From IMG/VR virus record IMGVR_UViG_3300031134_000466: DNA of 30,889 nucleotides. One strand, given 5' to 3'. Source of the stretch: a virus. Taxonomy: Duplodnaviria; Heunggongvirae; Uroviricota; Caudoviricetes. A program made the position numbers and the translations under genes. Shown here piece by piece: positions 25,343-30,889 of this stretch (positions are counted from its first letter, which is position 1; each line of letters starts with the position of its first letter). The notes under the pieces are model-generated. The model was not told where the DNA came from. It ran no database searches and saw only the letters and a program-made list of their open reading frames with translations.

Positions 25343-25975
25343 TCAACTAAGTAGAGACGTTTCTAAAGCATCTACTGCTTTGTCGTATTCCTCTACATTG
25401 TCATAGTGGTCGTCAGTAATTTGACTTGAAATGAGAAGAGCTTGGAGTCTGTAGCCAACCAAGTCACCAGCTCGCCGGCTGGCAAGACCTGTCAACGCAT
25501 AGTCTTCCTTGGTTGGCTCTCCTGAAGTGCCAATAACAGTGATAGCAGAGTCTACAAGCTCCACTGAAGGCTTTTCTTCTGCTTTTAGGTAAGCTGTGAG
25601 CCATTCGACTGCTCGGCTCTTAAACGCAGCCTGGTGGCTTTTGTACTCTTCACGAGTTGAAAGTTTCCAGAAGAAAACGTCTTCTTTTTCCCAGGTTGTG
25701 ATGTCATTTGCAATGGAAAGTGCGTCGAGGTCGCTAAGGAAGTCTTCCCCTGTAATGATGACGATTTGGTCCAGAGTGCCTTGCACTTCTGCTTTGACTG
25801 GCCAGATGTATTTCATCTCAGTTGGCTCTACTCGGGTTACCTCTTCTTCTTGCTTTTGTCGGTAGAACACTCCTTCATTATCTTTGTAGAAGGGAAGTGT
25901 TTCCGTGTAGAACCCCTGGTTCCCATACTGGTCGCCAAGGAAGCCATAAAGTGTGTATAAAGTTGCGTCAGTCAT
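25343..25975 (-). CDS. Hypothetical protein (leaderless)
   Basis: TGC-TAAACT-N6-ATG on - strand; 210 aa, acidic. Confidence 0.75.
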   Translation of the reverse strand: MTDATLYTLYGFLGDQYGNQGFYTETLPFYKDNEGVFYRQKQEEEVTRVEPTEMKYIWPVKAEVQGTLDQIVIITGEDFLSDLDALSIANDITTWEKEDVFFWKLSTREEYKSHQAAFKSRAVEWLTAYLKAEEKPSVELVDSAITVIGTSGEPTKEDYALTGLASRRAGDLVGYRLQALLISSQITDDHYDNVEEYDKAVDALETSLLS

Positions 25976-26155
25976 GGAAGAAGTTTAGCATGAACATCAA
26001 ATGGTAAGTATTTTGGGAAGGATCAAACTATTTGTACCATTTCAACATTTTTTCGTCAATTTGACTAAAAAGTTGCCGATACTGTTTAATAGTGGTAAGA
26101 TAAAAACATAACGGGGTTACTTGAACGCCCGCTCTAAAACAACAAGGAGAATATC

Positions 26156-26782
26156 ATGCTGTATCTCACAGCTACCAATTCCGACCAGTGCGAAGGTCGA
26201 GGATGGCAAGTCCCGACGCTCATCACGCGAGAACGCAACGTAGCACTCTGGTTTGCATACACCACAAAGCCTTTCTACGACCGTGTACAGGAGGCTTACC
26301 AGCTGAACTTCGGTGACCTGTACCGAACGAAGACAGATTTCATCAAAACCTACCCAAAAACTCAAGTTGCAGATGAAACTCTCAATGCAGCATGGGAAGA
26401 TTACATGACTGTTGCTCTTCAGGATAATGAAACTCTTCCTGCTCCGACGCTCAATGTTGAAACTGTTTACCTTGTAGGTCATACGATGGACGCCAGCATT
26501 GGTGGAACTGTCTACCATAACAAATTCTTTCCCACCATGATTGTTGAGACCTATGCTCAGGCAAAAACAGCTGCACTTCAGCTTGCCACTGACGGTCAGG
26601 ACTACCATGTTATTGCCGTCGATACAGACACGAACTACGGCACAGGAATGTACGACAGAGAACGTATCTTCAGCACAACAAAACCCGAGTTAACGACTAT
26701 AGCAGTCGAAGCTTTCAACACAAACATCTTGGACAAAGCAGCTTTGGTTGCAGAGTTCACAACAACAGGAGCAAACCGATGA
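26156..26782 (+). CDS. Hypothetical protein
   Basis: 208 aa, AAGGAGA SD; GCCGATAC at 26075-26082 upstream; first gene of a three-gene run. Confidence 0.75.
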   Translation: MLYLTATNSDQCEGRGWQVPTLITRERNVALWFAYTTKPFYDRVQEAYQLNFGDLYRTKTDFIKTYPKTQVADETLNAAWEDYMTVALQDNETLPAPTLNVETVYLVGHTMDASIGGTVYHNKFFPTMIVETYAQAKTAALQLATDGQDYHVIAVDTDTNYGTGMYDRERIFSTTKPELTTIAVEAFNTNILDKAALVAEFTTTGANR

Positions 26783-26991
26783 CGAACACACCCCGTAACG
26801 AGTTCACCCGCGACAATCTGGCAACAATTCTGGAGCTGATGGATAAAGCCAAAACAGGACTGCCAGGAGTAACTTCACTCAAAGTCGAATTTTCGCCTAC
26901 TGTTTCAGGTCGTGTCGAAGTCAAAGGCGACCACTGCATTTTCATCCCAACTCATCATGAACCTGTAGACCCAATGGGCTACGGACGATAA
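26779..26991 (+). CDS. Hypothetical small protein
   Basis: ATGA overlap with the previous gene, AGGAG SD; 70 aa. Confidence 0.7.
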   Translation: MTNTPRNEFTRDNLATILELMDKAKTGLPGVTSLKVEFSPTVSGRVEVKGDHCIFIPTHHEPVDPMGYGR

Positions 26992-27000
26992 GGAATAATC

Positions 27001-27588
27001 ATGACTAAAGCATTACTGATTGTAGATGTCCAGAACGACTTCATCGAAGGTGGAAGCCTTGGAGTAACAGGTGGTGAAAGTGTTGCACTGAACACAGCTG
27101 AGTTGCTTATCAATACCCACTATGATGCAGTAATCACTACACAGGACTGGCACATCGAGCCAGGTAACCACTGGGCAGAAACACCTGATTATGTAGACAC
27201 CTGGCCTGTCCACTGTGCAGCTAACACCAATGGTTCTGCTGTTCGAGCTGAGCTGGCAGCAGCTGTTCTTGCTAAAGTACAGGAGCAGTCTGACCTACGA
27301 TACCTTCGTATTGTCAAGGGTGAGTATGAAGCTGCTTATTCAGGGTTCGAAGGGCGAGACTTCATGGGTGGCACTAAGAAAGTCGAAGAGCTTATTCGAG
27401 ATTTGGATGTCACTGAGATTGATGTCGTAGGTCTTGCCACTGACCACTGCGTTCGAGCTACAGTCCTGGATGCTTTGACAGCAGGGTTCGCTGTGAACGT
27501 GTTGACTGACTACGTTGCTGGTGTTGACCCTGAACGTAGTGCGGCTGCTCTGGTCGAAATGGAAAAAGCCGGCGCCACACTCATCTAA
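27001..27588 (+). CDS. pncA: Nicotinamidase/pyrazinamidase
   Basis: IVDVQNDF, TQDWH, WPVHC, KG...AYSGF, GLATDHCV (catalytic Asp-Lys-Cys triad and metal His residues). Confidence 0.92.
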   Translation: MTKALLIVDVQNDFIEGGSLGVTGGESVALNTAELLINTHYDAVITTQDWHIEPGNHWAETPDYVDTWPVHCAANTNGSAVRAELAAAVLAKVQEQSDLRYLRIVKGEYEAAYSGFEGRDFMGGTKKVEELIRDLDVTEIDVVGLATDHCVRATVLDALTAGFAVNVLTDYVAGVDPERSAAALVEMEKAGATLI

Positions 27589-27635
27589 AAATAGTAATGG
27601 CACCCTCTATAACCAGGAGGGTGCCATTACTATTT
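27589..27635. terminator. Bidirectional intrinsic terminator
   Basis: 19-bp arms AAATAGTAATGGCACCCTC / GAGGGTGCCATTACTATTT. Confidence 0.85.
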
Positions 27636-27643
27636 AGTGCTTA

Positions 27644-27871
27644 TCAAGCCCAAGGAACACGGTTGGTCGAGCGAATAGCGAAAGAACCGGCAGCAATAAT
27701 TCCGGAGCAAAGAGCAGCTCCACCAAGGGCAAGATGTAACCCGTAGTCACCGCGTGCGTCATAAGCCATAATTGCCGCAAAAGTAGTGATGGCTGCAAAG
27801 ACGATCACTGGAGTAGCGAAAAGTGCAACCTTGAAGAAAATGGGCCAGAATTTTGATTTTGATTTGCTCAT
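27644..27871 (-). CDS. Small two-TM membrane protein (leaderless)
   Basis: TGT-TAGACT-N6-ATG on - strand; two hydrophobic helices. Confidence 0.7.
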   Translation of the reverse strand: MSKSKSKFWPIFFKVALFATPVIVFAAITTFAAIMAYDARGDYGLHLALGGAALCSGIIAAGSFAIRSTNRVPWA

Positions 27872-27926
27872 ACGTGAAGTCTAACAACTTTTAGGGAAAG
27901 TCCATATAAATGAAGTTTTCCGAGTT

Positions 27927-27934
27927 GTTAGATA
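27927..27934 (+). promoter_or_regulatory. GTTAGRNA-N6-ATG leaderless motif
   Basis: GTTAGATA-ttgagc-ATG(27941). Confidence 0.5.
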
Positions 27935-27940
27935 TTGAGC

Positions 27941-28780
27941 ATGGTTACGATCAAAAAATGTCAATCTAAAAAGCATTCCTTCGGAGGTTGCGGTGATCCT
28001 CGCTGTCCTGAAGGTTTGTCTATTCAAAATGCAATGGAGCATGCGTTAAAAGATCAAGATGTAATGGCATATATAGAAGCTCGTCAGCTCAAAGACTTGA
28101 AACCGAACATGCTTTTCATCGATAACGGTATGGCTGCTTTATTTGTGAACCATAGTGGCGAAGAACAAACAGATACTCTCAGGTTCAAAGCGAATCGTCC
28201 AGAAGTGGTTGAATATATCAACTCTATAGACCGTACAACTGTTCCTTCGTTTAAAACTTTGCAAGACCTGGAGAAACACGTCAGCGATACTTACAGACCG
28301 TATGCTTCTTTTAGCCTTCGTCAATATGAAGGGTATGGCCCTAATAAGGATATCACCCGAGTAAGTGTTGCAGACATGAGAGTTGATGCTGACCTACGTG
28401 GAGCAGGATTAGGCTCATATTTCCGTAAGATGCTGCTGAAACATGCTGATGAGAAAGGCTATGTCGTATCAGGCACTCCTACCAACAGCGGTGATGGTAC
28501 GTTGGAGCATACAGATGAAAATCATGAAGAGTACGTTCAACATGCAATTAGCCACAGAGCTCGATTAGAGCATTTCTATTTACGTAATGGATATGAGAAA
28601 AATTACGGAACACTTCCAGTGGTGCATGGTCAAGAAGATTATCTGACTAAGAAGAAACTGGAAACTAATCAGCCATGGCTTGACCGGTTCAACCATTACG
28701 GACATGAACTTCTCTTTGATGCTGGCTCATTCATTCGTTGGCCGAAGAATCAAATACCAGCATCACTACTGGCTAAATAA
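27941..28780 (+). CDS. GNAT-family acetyltransferase with N-terminal Cys tag (paralog of 17145..17945)
   Basis: VDADLRGAGLG, RLEHFYLRNGY; N-terminus CQSKKHSFGGCGDPRCPE. ATG 27941 preferred over track TTG 27935. Confidence 0.8.
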   Translation: MVTIKKCQSKKHSFGGCGDPRCPEGLSIQNAMEHALKDQDVMAYIEARQLKDLKPNMLFIDNGMAALFVNHSGEEQTDTLRFKANRPEVVEYINSIDRTTVPSFKTLQDLEKHVSDTYRPYASFSLRQYEGYGPNKDITRVSVADMRVDADLRGAGLGSYFRKMLLKHADEKGYVVSGTPTNSGDGTLEHTDENHEEYVQHAISHRARLEHFYLRNGYEKNYGTLPVVHGQEDYLTKKKLETNQPWLDRFNHYGHELLFDAGSFIRWPKNQIPASLLAK

Positions 28781-28928
28781 TACCATCAAGAATAGTAAAA
28801 TACCTGGTCAGGAGTGCTATTCTGATAGTGTTTTACTCAGCCGATATCTGATTTGCTGCTATAATTTTATAACAAAAGCTTTTCAACAAGTACTATACAT
28901 AACTAATTTGACACGAAACTAACTACTA

Positions 28929-29093
28929 ATGACTGAGACTAAAATGACTGACCTTGCTCGACCGCGAAAACTTGACAAAAATCGTAGTAACTCATTTTCT
29001 ATGAGACTATTTTCCCTGTACGACAGGAAGAAGGCAAAGGATGCTAACCATCTAATTCAAGCCTTGAGCAAAACATTTTCCCGAAGTTTTTAA
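28929..29093 (+). CDS. Possible 54-aa basic micro-protein
   Basis: ATG...TAA ORF MTETKMTDLARPRKLDKNR...FSRSF below the track cut-off; no clear SD; TGC-TATAAT at 28857-28865 and CCGATA at 28841 upstream. Confidence 0.3.
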   Translation: MTETKMTDLARPRKLDKNRSNSFSMRLFSLYDRKKAKDANHLIQALSKTFSRSF

Positions 29094-29182
29094 ACTTCCT
29101 CTTTCCCTGCATTCATCAGGATATAAAGCAGGTTGGACGGCTTTACAAGCTTGACAGGTAGGAACAGAATGTCAAATGTACA

Positions 29183-29190
29183 GCCGATAA
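29183..29190 (+). promoter_or_regulatory. GCCGATAA motif upstream of the topoisomerase gene
   Basis: Exact match to the FliA/SigD/WhiG -10 consensus; no TAAA -35 seen. Confidence 0.45.
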
Positions 29191-29301
29191 CACAAACTTG
29201 TCAGGATGGACGACAGTTAGAATGAATAAAACTGACTGCAAATTCTGACAGAATATACACTAAGAACCACCACCACTAATAGGACGACAAAGATAAAACC
29301 T

Positions 29302-30889
29302 ATGGCTACAAAGAAGACAACCCCAGCAGGGCCAGCGGATTACAACGCAGACTCAATGATTTCCATGTCTCCCATCGATCACATTCGTAAGAGACCTTCA
29401 CTAACGCTTGGTCCTTACGACCATATGCAGTTAGTTGCTTTGAGAGAACCCATTGACAACTCTATTGACGAGTTCAAAGCAGGACACGGTAAAACCATCA
29501 AGATTACCTTGTACGCAGATGGTGCTGCCTCAGTCGAAGACACCGGTCGTGGTGTTCCAACTGGTATGAACAAAACCACTGGTGAGAACGGTATCTTCAT
29601 GGCGTTCGGAAAAGTTGGTTCCGGTGGTAAATTCGGTGCTGCTGGTAGTGGTTATGCAGCAACAGCTTCTCTTGGTCTGAACGGTGTTGGAACAACTGCA
29701 ACTAACGCAACATCCAAGCGTTTTGACACCATTGTGTACAAAAACGATGGAACCATCCACCGCTTGTCCTTCAAGCAAGGACTTCCTGGACATTTCGCAG
29801 ATGATAGCGGTCCTGATGCTGCTTTCACCCCATCCATGGACGTGAAAGTATCCAAAGACACTCGCACAGCTAAAGAGAAAAAAGAACGCCCAACTGGAAC
29901 CACAATCAAGTTCTGGCCAGACGCTGCAATCTTCGGTAAAGAGTCATCCTTCCGCGTCGATGAGCTGCGAGAAACATTACGTTCAACAGCCTTCCTCGTG
30001 CCAGGTATCCGAATCATCATCGATAGCAAGCTTCCCGGTGAAGAACAGTTCGATGACTACGAATTCGATGGTGGTTTACTTGAAATGGTGGAGACTTTCG
30101 CTACTGACAAGCCCATCACAAAGCCTGTTCACCTTACAACTTCAGGTGGATTCAAGGAAGAAGTCCCTGTTCCTCAAGCAGACGGGTCGATGAAGAACGA
30201 AATTGTAGACCGTACTGTAGAAATCGAAGTAGCTTTCCGCTGGGGAGACAGCTACGACGTATCCAACATTCGTTCCTACGCTAACACTCTGTACACACCA
30301 CTCGGCGGAACCCATGTTCAAGGATTCCAAAGAGCCATGTCCAAAGTGTTCCTTGACGCTATCAAGAACACTCGCGGGTTACTCAAAGCAAGAGACGAAG
30401 TACCTACTCTGGAAGACATCCAGGAAAGTCTTACTGCTATCATCAGTATCTCACAGAGTGAACTTTCTTTCGTAGGTCAAGACAAACAGCGTCTTGGTGG
30501 TACCGAAACAGGTAAAGTTGTTTCAGCAGCTTTGACTAAAGAGTTAGCTGATTGGGCTGCAGATAAGAAAAACGCTACTAACCTGAAGACAATTGCTAAC
30601 AAAATTGTCGAATCGTCTCGTAACCGAGTTTCTGCTCGTTTGGCTAAAGAAACCAACCGTAAAAAGTCTAAACTCGAATCTTCAACCAGCCTGCCTAACA
30701 AATTAGTCGAATGCAAAAACCCTGGCTCAGAACACTCTGAACTTCTTATCGTGGAAGGTGATTCTGCTCTGGGTACTATGCGTGCTGCTCGTGACGCTCG
30801 CTTCCAGGCGTTACTCCCCATTCGAGGTAAGATTCTGAATGTTCAAAAAGCTACCCCAGCTCAGATGCTGGGAAATGAAGAATGTGCAG
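29302..30889 (+). CDS. Type IIA DNA topoisomerase subunit B (GyrB/ParE family), 3' truncated at window edge
   Basis: Read manually, as it is absent from the track because it runs off the edge: MATKK...RKRPS, REPIDNSIDE, EDTGRGVP, SGGKF, GLNGVG, GGTHVQGF, TOPRIM IVEGDSALG, PIRGKILNV. Confidence 0.93.
   Translation, partial: MATKKTTPAGPADYNADSMISMSPIDHIRKRPSLTLGPYDHMQLVALREPIDNSIDEFKAGHGKTIKITLYADGAASVEDTGRGVPTGMNKTTGENGIFMAFGKVGSGGKFGAAGSGYAATASLGLNGVGTTATNATSKRFDTIVYKNDGTIHRLSFKQGLPGHFADDSGPDAAFTPSMDVKVSKDTRTAKEKKERPTGTTIKFWPDAAIFGKESSFRVDELRETLRSTAFLVPGIRIIIDSKLPGEEQFDDYEFDGGLLEMVETFATDKPITKPVHLTTSGGFKEEVPVPQADGSMKNEIVDRTVEIEVAFRWGDSYDVSNIRSYANTLYTPLGGTHVQGFQRAMSKVFLDAIKNTRGLLKARDEVPTLEDIQESLTAIISISQSELSFVGQDKQRLGGTETGKVVSAALTKELADWAADKKNATNLKTIANKIVESSRNRVSARLAKETNRKKSKLESSTSLPNKLVECKNPGSEHSELLIVEGDSALGTMRAARDARFQALLPIRGKILNVQKATPAQMLGNEECA

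Noticed and set aside
26117-26608. 163-aa minus-strand ORF
   Set aside because: Lies fully antisense to 26156..26782, which has a strong AAGGAGA SD and operon coupling; the same reasoning applies to other nested track ORFs such as 4753..5040, 14106..14561, 16704..17060, 20060..20581 and 29415..30821.
27880-27888. Counting the 27871 (-) upstream GTTGTTAGA as a member of the GTTAGRNA class
   Set aside because: It reads TGT-TAGACT-N6-ATG, a normal extended sigmaA -10 with T at -7, so it was assigned to the sigmaA leaderless class.
28781-29301. Chromosomal oriC
   Set aside because: No DnaA boxes (TTATCCACA/TTGTCCACA) and no dnaA/dnaN/recF synteny.
1-30889. CRISPR array, transposase/integrase, virion structural genes, inteins, stop-codon reassignment
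   Set aside because: No regularly spaced direct repeats; no DDE or recombinase motifs; no capsid or tail motifs recognised; ClpC and topoisomerase are colinear with their families without insertions; genes end normally at TAA, TAG and TGA under code 11.

Overview
This is a ~44-45% GC (estimated by eye), gene-dense accessory and host-takeover region of a large actinobacteria-associated mobile element, most likely a jumbo phage. A megaplasmid-like element cannot be excluded, because no capsid, tail, integrase or Rep gene lies in the window. The actinobacterial (Microbacteriaceae-like) host is inferred from DUF4190, the NlpC/P60 and pilin-like families, the EGDSALG-type topoisomerase TOPRIM motif and frequent leaderless genes. 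Recognisable genes are ClpC, two HD hydrolases (one class I PDE-like, one RelA/SpoT-like), a DEDD exonuclease, T4-like Pnkp, an Rnl2-like RNA ligase, a CCA-adding enzyme, a NERD nuclease, two paralogous GNATs, a HhaI-like C5-MTase with a probable cognate endonuclease, a GT-C-like membrane protein, a KTSC/SWIM/amidoligase fusion, PncA and a truncated type IIA topoisomerase B subunit. Four signals stand out. (1) Five enzymes from four unrelated families carry short N-terminal Cys-rich tags in two sub-types, and each sub-type is tied to its own non-sigmaA promoter motif (CCGATA at fixed spacing, or GTTAGRNA-N6-ATG). (2) A CCGATA promoter class resembling the FliA/WhiG -10 element recurs before many genes. 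(3) A tRNA-Ile(GAU)-like gene has a structured 55-nt insertion in its anticodon loop and no encoded CCA, in a window that also encodes Pnkp, an RNA ligase and a CCA enzyme. (4) Several mini-ORF or terminator leaders and an apparently empty expression cassette are present. All family calls come from motif recognition, not database searches.
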